From Planctomycetota bacterium (lineage in GTDB: Bacteria > Planctomycetota > UBA8742 > UBA2392), in the NCBI GenBank assembly GCA_020849795.1, contig JADZFR010000022.1:62879-126878 (forward strand): a stretch of 64,000 nucleotides of DNA, in the 5' to 3' direction. The notes under the pieces were generated by a model, which saw only the letters and a list, made by a program, of their open reading frames with translations, was not told where the DNA came from and did no database searches. The stretch's first letter is position 1. Every line of letters starts with the position of its first letter. This document shows positions 18,739-28,013 of the stretch, one piece after another. The position numbers and the translations under genes were made by a program.

Positions 18739-19218
18739 CTATTTGCCGCCGGCGTTTGCCTTGCGAAGGCGCGCGGTGACTGCGTTGGCCAATTCCGCTT
18801 CCAGTTCCACGTCGCGCCCGGCTTCGGTCCATTTGTTGCTGTACATCGCCGTCGGGCCGCCACGTCCGGTGCTGGATCCGGTGTAGACTTCTTCGCGCGC
18901 GACCACCACAGGCTCATAGACGCCATCGGCGCCCAGTTGCGGGTAGGCGCTGATGCGCATGCGGTATTTTTCCAGGCCGATGGCGCGCTGGTCGCTGATT
19001 GCGGTCCAGTGCTCGTACTTCCACTCGACGTTGGCGCGGAAGACGCGGTCCTTGCCGAATTTCTCGGCCATGGCGTCGTGGATCGCTGTGTCCACGGCGT
19101 CAAAGCTGCCGCTGAAGTAGTAGCCGGCTTGCATCTTGTAGATGTCATCCTGGAAGACGGTGCAGCCGCACATCAAGAACACGGCCGCCACAGCAAACAT
19201 TGCGAACAACGATTTCAT
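18739..19218 (-). CDS. Lipoprotein, unknown function
   Basis: MKSLFAMFAVAAVFLMCGC signal sequence + lipobox. Confidence 0.55.
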   Translation of the reverse strand: MKSLFAMFAVAAVFLMCGCTVFQDDIYKMQAGYYFSGSFDAVDTAIHDAMAEKFGKDRVFRANVEWKYEHWTAISDQRAIGLEKYRMRISAYPQLGADGVYEPVVVAREEVYTGSSTGRGGPTAMYSNKWTEAGRDVELEAELANAVTARLRKANAGGK

Positions 19219-19325
19219 TTTCGACTCCACAGCGGCCAAGGGGTATCGGCCGCAGGCGCGGACTCGGGGCTTACAAATATGCTACTGCCAGTGGTTGCCG
19301 CTGCAAGAGAGTATTCGCACAGTGC

Positions 19326-20030
19326 TCAGAAATAGAGCCTGAGGCCCGCCCGGAACACCAGCCACTGGAACCGGCCGTCTTCGCGAAGATTGTCCTGGAA
19401 GCCCCGAACAGACCTGTCTGCAGACTGGATGAGGGCAAAGTTTGTGCGCAGGCCCGTTTCAATGAAGCCGCGGGTGAAGTCGTCACCAAACTCCAGGCCC
19501 GCAGTATGCACGGTGCCCAGCGTCAGCATGAAGACCTTGCCGACGCCGCTGCCGGTGATGCGCTCGTCTACCTGATAATAATAGTAGCCCGCCGAGGCAC
19601 TCAGCCCATGGTCAGTATAGAAGGCGATCATGGGGTCAAAGTCAAAGTGAAAGCGCACCGTGGGTTCAAAGTACGCTGCCCGCACTTGAGGGCGGTAACT
19701 CCGCGCGGTGCCAAGTTCCTGATTGTATTCGAGCCTGATGTTCAGCGAGATGTTGTTCATCAGCTTGAACCCGAAGCCCAAGCCGGCAGAAAATGTCGTG
19801 TGCTTGCTGGCGACGATGCCGCCCCAGATTTCGGCGTTCAGCGGGCGCCACTTGGATGCGTCGATCAGTCCCCTGGATGGTTCTTCGGCGGACTTGTCGC
19901 CCGCGGCCTCTGCTTGGGCCCTGAAAAGGTTGGTAACGCGGGGCTTCGCGGGGAAGAGCCCCAGCTCTTGGGCATGAAGTGCGCCGGAACCGCAACCCAG
20001 CACCATCAGCAACAGCGACAAACGAAGCAT
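19326..20030 (-). CDS. Outer-membrane beta-barrel protein (OmpW/porin-like small barrel)
   Basis: Signal peptide MLRLSLLLMVLGCGSGALHA. Alternating amphipathic beta-strand pattern. C-terminal aromatic residue (...RAGLRLYF). Confidence 0.6.
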   Translation of the reverse strand: MLRLSLLLMVLGCGSGALHAQELGLFPAKPRVTNLFRAQAEAAGDKSAEEPSRGLIDASKWRPLNAEIWGGIVASKHTTFSAGLGFGFKLMNNISLNIRLEYNQELGTARSYRPQVRAAYFEPTVRFHFDFDPMIAFYTDHGLSASAGYYYYQVDERITGSGVGKVFMLTLGTVHTAGLEFGDDFTRGFIETGLRTNFALIQSADRSVRGFQDNLREDGRFQWLVFRAGLRLYF

Positions 20031-20057
20031 GCCCTGCCCCCCGGTAGTGGGCGCAGG

Positions 20058-21113
20058 TTAGCCAGAATCCCGTACTGACGCAAAGACCCAGCGCCGCCGC
20101 ACGAGTGCCACAAGCGAAAACGGGGCAAGTCCCCAGAGCCAGCGTGCACCAACCGGGCTGGTGGCGCAGCCGCCGCCGCCTTTTTCATCACCGCCGCCAC
20201 CTCCACCACCGCCCGGTGGGGCAGGGTTGCCGGCGACGAAGCCCACATCGCCCTGCGCAACGCCTGAACGAAAATCTACGGCGACGTTGGCCGTGGTCAG
20301 GTTCACGTTGGCCGTGCCGGTACCGCTGAAAGCGCCCCCGCTGCATGTTACGACCCACGCACCGGCGCTGCATGCCAGCGAGTAACCGCCGCCGGCGTTC
20401 GTGACAACACTTGGACTGCCGGGGCCTGCCGCCGAGACGGTCACGCCCGACAGACCTTCACCCAGGTCGTATCGGCCATTGCTGTTGGCGTCGTTGTAGA
20501 CCACGCCGGTGATCCAGACCGGGTCGGTCCCCGTGCGTTCCGCTGTGTGGATTGACCAGTAAGCGCCGGCGTTGTAGCCGGCCTGTGGCGCCGCGCCTTC
20601 GGCATAGCCCGTGCCGATTTCGCGGTGCGTCTCCCAGAACGGTTGCATCGCAAGCAGATGGTACCGGTGCCCCGGCGGGCTTACGCCCTGGTCGATGATC
20701 AGCGCCTTCAAAGCATCGGCGCCGACATAGCTGATCGAGCCGCCGGGCGTGAAGACGCATGCCAGGGACTCGATGTTGTTGCCGCTCGATGCGTAAGGCA
20801 GCGGATAGCCCGCAGTGATTGCCATGCCGTTGGGGGCGCCAAGAGTGGGGCTGGTATGGTTGAAATAGCCGTTCGTTGCCATGTCCACGGAATGCACGCG
20901 GGCGGACTCGCACAGGTCAAGGTTGATCGCAAGCGGCGGCTGTGCAGCCACGCCATTCAGAATGCCGCCCAGGCTGTTGGCGGTGTCGTAGGCCTGCGGG
21001 TTGGCGCGAGCGCGGTTGAGTTCGTAGATGAAGGCCACTTCTGCGGCGCTGGGCTGCTGGGCCGCCAGCGGCGCGGCACCCAGCAAAAACAACGCGAGAA
21101 ACACACGTGTCAT
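20058..21113 (-). CDS. Secreted CAP/SCP-domain protein with a Gly-run and C-terminal Cys-TM-Arg tail
   Basis: Signal peptide. CAP-like segment (LCESARVHSVDMATNGYFNHTSP). SdrD-B/CarboxypepD-like segment ITGVVYNDANSNGRYDLGEGLSGVTV. Tail GGGGGGGGDEKGGGGCATSPVGARWLWGLAPFSLVALVRRRW. Confidence 0.65.
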   Translation of the reverse strand: MTRVFLALFLLGAAPLAAQQPSAAEVAFIYELNRARANPQAYDTANSLGGILNGVAAQPPLAINLDLCESARVHSVDMATNGYFNHTSPTLGAPNGMAITAGYPLPYASSGNNIESLACVFTPGGSISYVGADALKALIIDQGVSPPGHRYHLLAMQPFWETHREIGTGYAEGAAPQAGYNAGAYWSIHTAERTGTDPVWITGVVYNDANSNGRYDLGEGLSGVTVSAAGPGSPSVVTNAGGGYSLACSAGAWVVTCSGGAFSGTGTANVNLTTANVAVDFRSGVAQGDVGFVAGNPAPPGGGGGGGGDEKGGGGCATSPVGARWLWGLAPFSLVALVRRRWVFASVRDSG

Positions 21114-21245
21114 GCCGGTCTCCGGTGAACGAGCTGCGATTCCAGTCTAGCGTCGTGGCGTGGGCGCGAACACTGTCATTCACATCGCCAGACAGCCGGT
21201 GGGGGACATGCGTTTCGTCTTCATGATCGTGGACACTACGCAACT

Positions 21246-22172
21246 TCAGCTGGATCGTCCGACGCCGACTGCGCGGAGACCATCAAGCAACGCAGCGGGT
21301 ACCTTGAACCCGCCACCCTCGCCGTGCCCGAGTGTCGTGTGCGGCTTGGTCGTGCCCCCGTGGTAATCGCTGCCACCGGTGACAACAAAGCCGAGACGGC
21401 TGGCAATCGCGAGGAGGCCTTGCGTCCACTCGGCATCGTGGTCGGGGTACACGACTTCGATGCCCATCAAGCCGTAGCCCTTCATCTCACGCAAGTAGGC
21501 CTCGGTCGCGGCAAGACTCCCGCGATTGAGCCAGTAGGGGTGGGCGAGCACGGGAACGGCGTGGTGCTGACGCACGAATTGCAGAGCCTCTTGCGGGCCG
21601 AATGTGTCCTTCTCGAAGTAGGCCGGGCCGTCGTTTGCGATCCACCTGTTAAAGGCCTCTTTCTCAGAGCTGACGTAACCCTTGCGCACCATCAGTGCCG
21701 CAATGTGCGGGCGGCCGACGACAGCCTCGCCGGCCTGTGCGGCGAGTTCGTCATAGGTCATCGGCATGCCGAGTTTCGCCAGCGCGTCCAGGATGTTGCG
21801 GTTGCGCGATTCACGCTTGCGGGCAATGTCGCGCAGGCGGGCATCGAAGTCGTCGTCATCAGGGTCGAACCCGTAGGCAAGCAGGTGGAACGTGCCGCCG
21901 CTCAACTTCACGCTGATCTCGCAGCCCGGGATCACTTCCACGCCAAGACGCTTGCCTGCCTCGATGGCCCGCTTTACGCCGCGCGTTGTGTCGTGGTCGG
22001 TCAGGCTGATCGCTTTCAGGCCCAACGCGGCTGCCCACTCGACCAGGAACTCCGGTTGCTGCGCGCCGTCGCTGCACTTGGAGTGCATGTGCAGATCAAT
22101 ACAGCCGCCAACATCAGCAGGCGGGCCTTTGTGCGTGGATGGGGCCGGGAACTGACTCATGGTTGCCAGCAT
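21246..22172 (-). CDS. PHP-domain phosphoesterase (TrpH/YciV-like)
   Basis: IDLHMHSKCSDGAQQP...ISLTDHDT... and a C-terminal GGSDYHG. Confidence 0.85.
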   Translation of the reverse strand: MLATMSQFPAPSTHKGPPADVGGCIDLHMHSKCSDGAQQPEFLVEWAAALGLKAISLTDHDTTRGVKRAIEAGKRLGVEVIPGCEISVKLSGGTFHLLAYGFDPDDDDFDARLRDIARKRESRNRNILDALAKLGMPMTYDELAAQAGEAVVGRPHIAALMVRKGYVSSEKEAFNRWIANDGPAYFEKDTFGPQEALQFVRQHHAVPVLAHPYWLNRGSLAATEAYLREMKGYGLMGIEVVYPDHDAEWTQGLLAIASRLGFVVTGGSDYHGGTTKPHTTLGHGEGGGFKVPAALLDGLRAVGVGRSS

Positions 22173-22187
22173 AACATCGGCATCGCG

Positions 22188-23042
22188 CTACTCGATGTCG
22201 ATATGGACCGAGCAATGTGCAACGTCTGGTTCAGCCTCTACGGCAACGCGAACCGCCTCACCAACATCGTGCGCCTGCTTCAGCGATATCTCGTGGTCGA
22301 CCACGATATGCACGTGGACATGCAGCATCGTACCAAGGTATTGCGCGCGAAGGTCATGAGCCGCCCTCACGCCAGCAACAGCCGCAGCGATCTTCGTAAG
22401 CTCGGCCTGTCGCGCTGGTGTGGGTGCCTCGCCCATCAGCAGCCGGATGTTGTCCCGCGCAAGTTCAACGCCCGACCACGCAATCCAGGCTGCAATCGGC
22501 AGCGCCAGCCAGGCATCCATGGTCGGCATTCCGAAGCGAGCCGCGAAAAACCCGGCGATCGCAAGCAACCCCAACAGAACATCGTTACGTGCATCCACCG
22601 CCAGTGCGTGCAACGCAGGCCGGACATGGCCGTGGTTGCGCGACAGCACATAAATGGTGGCCTTGAAAGTGACCTTGGCCCCGAACACTCCAGCCATTAG
22701 CCAGCCCAGTGAGGGACGCGCGTCCCCGAGCAATGCAAACACGGCGCTGCGGGCCACTTCAAAGGCGATCACACCTGCAATCACGGCTGTGACCAGGCCG
22801 CCAATGGGCTGTGCGCGCGTGTGGCCAAAGGGGTGCTCTTCGTCCTGGGGCTGTCGGCTGATGCCGACCGTCCAGGTCAGAACGGCCGCCGTGAAAACGT
22901 CCATGAAGCTGTCGGCCGCTTGTGCCAGGGCGAGTTGGCTGGACGAGAGCCACCAGATGGCGCCAAGTGCGCCAACAAAGGCCAAGCTGCCCGCCAGGGT
23001 AATGCGGGGAAGCAGAATGTCAGCTCTTTGCGGATTGGCCAT
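22188..23042 (-). CDS. Cation diffusion facilitator (CDF) family transporter
   Basis: TM-rich N-terminus with DSFMDV and HPFGHTRAQPIG motifs. Cytoplasmic C-terminal domain with HVHVHIVVD. Confidence 0.85.
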   Translation of the reverse strand: MANPQRADILLPRITLAGSLAFVGALGAIWWLSSSQLALAQAADSFMDVFTAAVLTWTVGISRQPQDEEHPFGHTRAQPIGGLVTAVIAGVIAFEVARSAVFALLGDARPSLGWLMAGVFGAKVTFKATIYVLSRNHGHVRPALHALAVDARNDVLLGLLAIAGFFAARFGMPTMDAWLALPIAAWIAWSGVELARDNIRLLMGEAPTPARQAELTKIAAAVAGVRAAHDLRAQYLGTMLHVHVHIVVDHEISLKQAHDVGEAVRVAVEAEPDVAHCSVHIDIE

Positions 23043-23156
23043 GATTGGTGCAAAACCTTTGGCACTCGCGTTGTGCTGAAACGTATTCCATACTATGAGT
23101 TAGGGCTTACCCCAAAGCAGCACAACCGTCACCCCCCTGACGGAAGAGGAGACGAC

Positions 23157-24842
23157 ATGAGACTGCGATCATATGCATTGGCGAGCTCCGCCATCGCCGT
23201 ATTGCTCGGAGTTTTCGCAACGAACCCGCAAGCCGACCTGAAACAGGACCTGGCTGCCTTTAACAAAGTATGGAACGACAAGAAGTCGATCAACCTCGAC
23301 AAGATGAAGGCCATTGAAGCGCTGCCGCGAGGCGATGCAGGCCTGGCCGAGACCTACACGACGATCCTTGAGTCCGACGTGTGGCAGTACCGCGCCGAGA
23401 TCCTGACGCGCATTACGGGCGAGACTGATCTCGCCCTGCTGGATGCGCTGGCCAAGTGGCTTTTCGACCCGAAGCAAAACCTGAAGAAGCCGGCCGCGGC
23501 CGAGCACGTGGCCTTCGCGCTGCTGAACAACCAGAAGTGGGCGACGCCCGAGAACTGGCAGCGCACCGGAGAGCTGGTGTCGCAGGAGAAGTTGCCGGAG
23601 AAGGTGAAGGCACGGGTGATTCGAGAACTCGGCCGCTGGCGCTTCCAAATGGACACGCCCGAGCAGATTGCGTCGCCGGATGCACAGGTGCCGATGAAGG
23701 CCAATGCGCGGATCCTGGTTTCGCTGCTTAGCGCGAGTATGAAAGAGCGCAAACCCAATGTGAACCTGCGCTTCCTGCTTGCCGACGCGCTTGAAAACCT
23801 CAGCGGCGAAGAGTTCGGCTACGAGATCGACAAGTGGGAGTTCTGGATCCAGAACCTCAAGGATACCGATATGCTGGCGCCTCGGACGCCCAGCAAGTTC
23901 AAGGACCAATTCACGGACGTTGAAATTGAAGGTCACAGCTTTGTGCGCAAGACGGCGCGCCCGACCGACCTTGAAATCCTGATCCTGCCCGACCTGGGCA
24001 AGTCAGAGCAGTACTGGTACCCCTACATCTTCGAGCTCAACAAGACTTTCAAGTGCACGTTTGTTGACCTGCCGGACTGCAGCCGCATGGCCGGTCTTGA
24101 GTGGATGCGCAACCGCGACGGCTCCGAGAACCGCACTGCGTACTATTATCCGCTGAAGCAACTGGTGGAGGCGTTTGAAGCACGGCGCGAAGCCAGCAAG
24201 CAGAAGAAGATCGCGCTGATTGCGCACGGCGTTTCCGGCTGGATTGCGCTTGAGTATCTGAACCTGCACCCCGAGAGCGTGTCGTTTGCGGTGATTCTGG
24301 AAACGTGGAGCGGCAAGGGCTCACGCGAGCAGGCGCGCCTTGCGCTGGAAGGCAGCAAGGATGAGGCATTCAAGTTCCACGGCCAGGACCTGATCTACGA
24401 CCCGAGCGGCCGCATCGGCAGCCTGAGCCTGAACGAAGAACAGAAGATGTGGTCTGCAACCGGCGCCTTCAAGCGGCGCTGGGCAGACCCCAAGGCACTC
24501 GAGCCGATCTTCTATGCGCAACGCCCCTTCCAGAAGGCGATTGAGGGGTCTGCGCGCATCCTGGTGCCTGAGTACGAGTTCAAGGACGCAGCAAAGGGCA
24601 AGAAGATCGACGTCCCGGTGCTGTTCATCCATGGCGCGATGGACCCGATGTTCGTCAAAGACGACGAAAAAGAATACCGCCGCGCGCTGGTCAAGGCGAC
24701 GTGGTCGGTGTTTGCGAACTCGGCAGACACGCCTTGGGCCGAAGAGCCTGTGCTTTTCTTCGAGACCTTCAACAAACTGCTCGAGGAACACAAGATTCTC
24801 GAGACGCTCAGGAAGGAAAAGGAAAAGGACGGCGGAAAGTAA
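23157..24842 (+). CDS. Secreted protein: helical (HEAT-like) N-terminal half + alpha/beta-hydrolase-fold-like C-terminal half
   Basis: ATG 23157 is preceded by GGAAGAGGAG. Signal peptide MRLRSYALASSAIAVLLGVFA. IALIAHGVSGWIALEY resembles a nucleophile elbow but is not a clean GxSxG. The track ORF extension to 22821 overlaps the CDF gene. Confidence 0.5.
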   Translation: MRLRSYALASSAIAVLLGVFATNPQADLKQDLAAFNKVWNDKKSINLDKMKAIEALPRGDAGLAETYTTILESDVWQYRAEILTRITGETDLALLDALAKWLFDPKQNLKKPAAAEHVAFALLNNQKWATPENWQRTGELVSQEKLPEKVKARVIRELGRWRFQMDTPEQIASPDAQVPMKANARILVSLLSASMKERKPNVNLRFLLADALENLSGEEFGYEIDKWEFWIQNLKDTDMLAPRTPSKFKDQFTDVEIEGHSFVRKTARPTDLEILILPDLGKSEQYWYPYIFELNKTFKCTFVDLPDCSRMAGLEWMRNRDGSENRTAYYYPLKQLVEAFEARREASKQKKIALIAHGVSGWIALEYLNLHPESVSFAVILETWSGKGSREQARLALEGSKDEAFKFHGQDLIYDPSGRIGSLSLNEEQKMWSATGAFKRRWADPKALEPIFYAQRPFQKAIEGSARILVPEYEFKDAAKGKKIDVPVLFIHGAMDPMFVKDDEKEYRRALVKATWSVFANSADTPWAEEPVLFFETFNKLLEEHKILETLRKEKEKDGGK

Positions 24843-24860
24843 GTTTCAGCCAAAAATGAA

Positions 24861-24885
24861 AACGGGCGCCCATGGGGCGCCCGTT
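24861..24885. terminator. Bidirectional intrinsic terminator between convergent genes
   Basis: Perfect 11-bp palindrome arms aacgggcgccc / gggcgcccgtt around atg. An A-run lies upstream and gcttt downstream. Confidence 0.7.
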
Positions 24886-24901
24886 GCTTTGGCAGGCCGC
24901 T

Positions 24902-25801
24902 CTATGCCGCTTCCTTGATCTGCTGGCGCAGCACCTTGTTCGCATCCAGCATCGCGCGCAGGAAACCGATGCGGGCGTTGTCTTTCGTGCCCTCGGCGCC
25001 GACCTTGCTTGCTTCACCCTCTTCGCCAACGGCGAACTGCCGTGTGCTCAGGCGTTCAATCTCAAACGCAAGGCGCTTGATCCGTGCTTCCAGCTCGATG
25101 ATGCGGCCGCTTTGGTCGCTCTCGGGCCCGTTGATGTTCCGTTGGCGCTGGCTTTCGGTGATCGCGAGCTGCAGCAACGAAGCCTTGACCTCTTCGGCTT
25201 CCTGCATGGCGCGCATGCCAACCTCGACGCTCTCGCGCCTCAGTGCTTCCTGTGCGGATTCAAGCGCCAACAGCCGCTCGCGAGCTTCGCGACTCTCGCG
25301 GCTTTCCGCTTCAAGGCGCTCAATGCGCGCCGTGGCTTTTCGCCACTCGGCGCCGGCCGGCGCGGCATCCACGTTGGCGACCCGGCTGGCAAGCGCGGAA
25401 AGTGCCTTCTGCAGCATGCCCGTTTGCTCGCGCTGTCGTTCAAGTTCATGGGCCAGTTCATCGGCGACTGCACGGGCATGTATGGCCTGCTCGTGCAGCA
25501 GGCGCTCGTTGCGGTACCGTGTCGCTTCGGCCTCAACCAGTGCGACGCGGCGCTGGGATGCTTTGCTGGCCAGCGCGTTGAGCTGTCTTTCGTGTTCGGC
25601 CTGGCGCTCTAGTTGCATGCGATGGAACTGCATGATGATCATGGCGCCAAACGACACCAGCACGGCACCGAACACCATTTCCCACAGCAGCGCATAACCA
25701 AGATCACCGCTGCGGGCGCGATTCAGCAAGAAGCCCGCCAGCAGACCCAGAAAGGGCGCGACAATCAGGCGGCGGTTCAGGTGTGCAAGCACGAGGTTCA
25801 T
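24902..25801 (-). CDS. Membrane-anchored coiled-coil protein, unknown function
   Basis: Start trimmed to ATG 25801. Two N-terminal TM segments (LIVAPFLGLLAGFLL; LLWEMVFGAVLVSFGAMIIM) followed by a long Glu/Arg/Ala-rich coiled coil. Confidence 0.5.
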   Translation of the reverse strand: MNLVLAHLNRRLIVAPFLGLLAGFLLNRARSGDLGYALLWEMVFGAVLVSFGAMIIMQFHRMQLERQAEHERQLNALASKASQRRVALVEAEATRYRNERLLHEQAIHARAVADELAHELERQREQTGMLQKALSALASRVANVDAAPAGAEWRKATARIERLEAESRESREARERLLALESAQEALRRESVEVGMRAMQEAEEVKASLLQLAITESQRQRNINGPESDQSGRIIELEARIKRLAFEIERLSTRQFAVGEEGEASKVGAEGTKDNARIGFLRAMLDANKVLRQQIKEAA

Positions 25802-25818
25802 GGGCGTATCCTGCTTGT

Positions 25819-26358
25819 TCAGGCGGCTTCCGAGTCTGAGTCCTGCTGCATCACGCGCAGCTGCAGCACGGTGCGTTCGCTTTCGGCGTCGTGCTTTTGC
25901 AGCACCACGCGAAACACGTGGCTGTCGTCGATGCCCAGGGCACCGCACACGCAGTCCTCAAGGAATTTCACGCGGTTGGTCAGGTCTACACGGCGCACCT
26001 TGCCTGACTTGGTCCACGCGCTCAGGTAGATGTCGATGCGCATTTCATACAGCTGTGCCGGGTCAAGCGTGTCGCCGATCATGGCCAGAATCAGGCGCCG
26101 GATGCGCCGGGCGTTCTGCGTCAAAACCCGCTTGATGATGCCCGTTTCCGGGTCACGAACAGTCGAGAACAGCTTGTTCACGCTGGGCGGCAGGAACGGC
26201 AGCGCCAGGCGAAACGGCTTGTCGCTGACGGGCTGGCGTGCCCACGGCCGGCGCGAGACTGCGGCTTGGTGGCCCTGGCGGCGGCCGCCGGCCAGGGCTC
26301 GGTACTCGGCGGCGGTCAGGCGCGTGGGACGAGAACGTTCGGGCTCAGGTGCGGGCAT
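25819..26358 (-). CDS. RusA-like Holliday-junction resolvase family protein with an Arg/Pro-rich N-terminal extension
   Basis: LPFLPPSVNKLF compares with RusA LPWPPSNNRYY. RRVDLTNRVKFLEDCVCGALGIDDSHV compares with [28 protein letters not shown] (E. coli RusA recalled from memory). Confidence 0.6.
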   Translation of the reverse strand: MPAPEPERSRPTRLTAAEYRALAGGRRQGHQAAVSRRPWARQPVSDKPFRLALPFLPPSVNKLFSTVRDPETGIIKRVLTQNARRIRRLILAMIGDTLDPAQLYEMRIDIYLSAWTKSGKVRRVDLTNRVKFLEDCVCGALGIDDSHVFRVVLQKHDAESERTVLQLRVMQQDSDSEAA

Positions 26359-26410
26359 GAAGTCTCCGCTTCCTGATCGACGCTTTTGCGTCTCATGCTG
26401 TAACTGAAAT

Positions 26411-27913
26411 TCAACCGCCGTTGGCGAGTCGTAACGCGTCGTCCGGCTTCATGGCAATGCGGAAGCCGCGCGGCATGTTGCCGCGGCTGAAGGCGTCGCT
26501 GCTGCGGCGGTGATAGGAAGGGTAAGCTTCATCGTCCTGGCAGTTGGTGCCGCGCTCGGCCCGGCGGCCGCGTTCACCGCCGCGGTTGTAGGGGTTTGCT
26601 TCGGCCCAGTCGGGGCGCTCCAGGTAGACGTCGGCGCACCATTCGCTGACGTTGCCCGCAAGGTCATAATGCCCGTAGGGGCCTCTGCCGTTTTCGAACG
26701 ACTTGGTGCCTACCACGCGCCAGCGGTTGATATTCGCAAATGGCGTAGTCACTCGCGTTACACCGTCCACAGTGAAGTTCATGCTCCAGTCGGCTTCGTC
26801 GCCCCAAGGGTACTTGCCGCCCTTATCGCCGCGGGCCGCCTTTTCCCACTGGGCCTCGGTTGGCAATGACCCGCCGAAGAAACGGGCGCAGGCGTCGGCT
26901 TCGTACCAGGAGACGCCCAGCACTGGCATCTCTGCGCCGCGCAGCTTGTGGTCATCGGAGCGAGCAACTGTGCCCATAATCGGCTTTTCCAGTTCGCCGT
27001 CAGCCCATGCGACGATGGTGATCCAAAAGTTGTCGCCCAGGTCGGACAGGCTGATGCGCCCCGACGCGTCTGTCGCATGCAGCAACCTCGCGGCCTTGAC
27101 CTTGTCCAGCAAGCCGGGGTCGGCGCCGCTAACGTCCTGCCACTGGTTGGCGATATCCTTGATGCGCACTGCGCCGTTGGTACGGTCCACCTGCAGCCAC
27201 TGTTTCCAGTCGGTGTTTCCGGTCTCGGGCAGTACCAGCACCTTGGCGCCGGAGACACCGGTGATGCGATCGGGCGAAAGCACCTCAAGGGTGACTTCGC
27301 GGCGGGGAGAGGCCAGCGCCCACAGGCGAAGGGGCTCATGGAGCGCGCGCCAACCGACATAGAAGCTGCCGCGGATCGAGCGGCCCTCGCCGATAAACTT
27401 GAAACCCTCTTCGGACCAATAACGGCCGGACTCGTATCCGCGATCGATCACGAACGAGTAGTACTGTTCGTTCGTCACTTCGGATTCGGACAGGTAGTAA
27501 TCGTCAAGCCACACCCAGCGCTTGGGCATATTCGAGCGCACACCATCGTTCTCGCCCATGATGTACCAGCCCTGCGGCACCAGCAGCATCGGCAACTCGA
27601 CGATCTCTTTGCCGGCTTTGCGCTGGATCGTCACGCGCTTGGGTAGTGGTGTGTCGTGCGGCTTCTGGTACTTCACGGGGTCGGGCCGCGTCGGATCAAA
27701 CGGTTTGACGTCCGGTCCCTCGCCGCCGTCCGTGCGCGGGCCACCGTCGGTGCTTGGCCGATGGATAGTTTCGCGGTTGTCCTCGGTTTGCCCCAACAGC
27801 ATGTCGCGCACACCAAACAGGTTGCGTTGAAACAGCAACAGTGCCGCAATCGCGATCAGCAGGACGACACCGATGCCGACGTATTTGCCGGTTCCTGTGC
27901 TGGGGTCTGACAT
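26411..27913 (-). CDS. Membrane-anchored FGE-sulfatase (SUMF1/EgtB/PvdO-type) domain protein
   Basis: N-terminal TM segment VGIGVVLLIAIAALLLF. FGE-domain motifs (VTNEQYYSF, GVSWYEADACARFFGGSLPTEAQWEKAARG, GNVSEWCAD, ...RGG) are split by a roughly 150-aa insert. Confidence 0.8.
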   Translation of the reverse strand: MSDPSTGTGKYVGIGVVLLIAIAALLLFQRNLFGVRDMLLGQTEDNRETIHRPSTDGGPRTDGGEGPDVKPFDPTRPDPVKYQKPHDTPLPKRVTIQRKAGKEIVELPMLLVPQGWYIMGENDGVRSNMPKRWVWLDDYYLSESEVTNEQYYSFVIDRGYESGRYWSEEGFKFIGEGRSIRGSFYVGWRALHEPLRLWALASPRREVTLEVLSPDRITGVSGAKVLVLPETGNTDWKQWLQVDRTNGAVRIKDIANQWQDVSGADPGLLDKVKAARLLHATDASGRISLSDLGDNFWITIVAWADGELEKPIMGTVARSDDHKLRGAEMPVLGVSWYEADACARFFGGSLPTEAQWEKAARGDKGGKYPWGDEADWSMNFTVDGVTRVTTPFANINRWRVVGTKSFENGRGPYGHYDLAGNVSEWCADVYLERPDWAEANPYNRGGERGRRAERGTNCQDDEAYPSYHRRSSDAFSRGNMPRGFRIAMKPDDALRLANGG

Positions 27914-27950
27914 CCGCTGCTGCCTCCTCCATGACCAGTATAGGAAACGG

Positions 27951-27985
27951 AACGGGGACAGGCACCTGTGGTACCTGCCCCCGTT
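27951..27985 (-). terminator. Possible terminator hairpin downstream of pilC/gspF
   Basis: Arms of 16 bp with 2 mismatches (aacggggacaggcacc / ggtacctgcccccgtt) and a tgt loop. Confidence 0.35.
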
Positions 27986-28013
27986 GCCACAATTCGCTTC
28001 TGTTACGCCGCGG

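Noticed and set aside
18738-19148. N-terminal extensions of track ORFs: 16704..19148, 22821..24842, 24902..25948, 36183..36962, 36592..37707, 37720..39174, 43669..44289, 50265..51932, 61416..62306, 13081..14286.
   Set aside because: The extensions overlap neighbouring well-supported genes or divergent promoters. Internal starts have SD sequences and give canonical N-termini (signal peptides, [12 protein letters not shown] for DnaJ, and so on).
23060-23076. TGGCAC-tcgcg-TTGTGC about 90 nt upstream of the 23157 gene.
   Set aside because: The -24 element is perfect, but the -12 element reads TTGT instead of TTGC, so the nearly invariant GC is lost. It might still be a weak sigma54 site, but it is not supportable from sequence alone.
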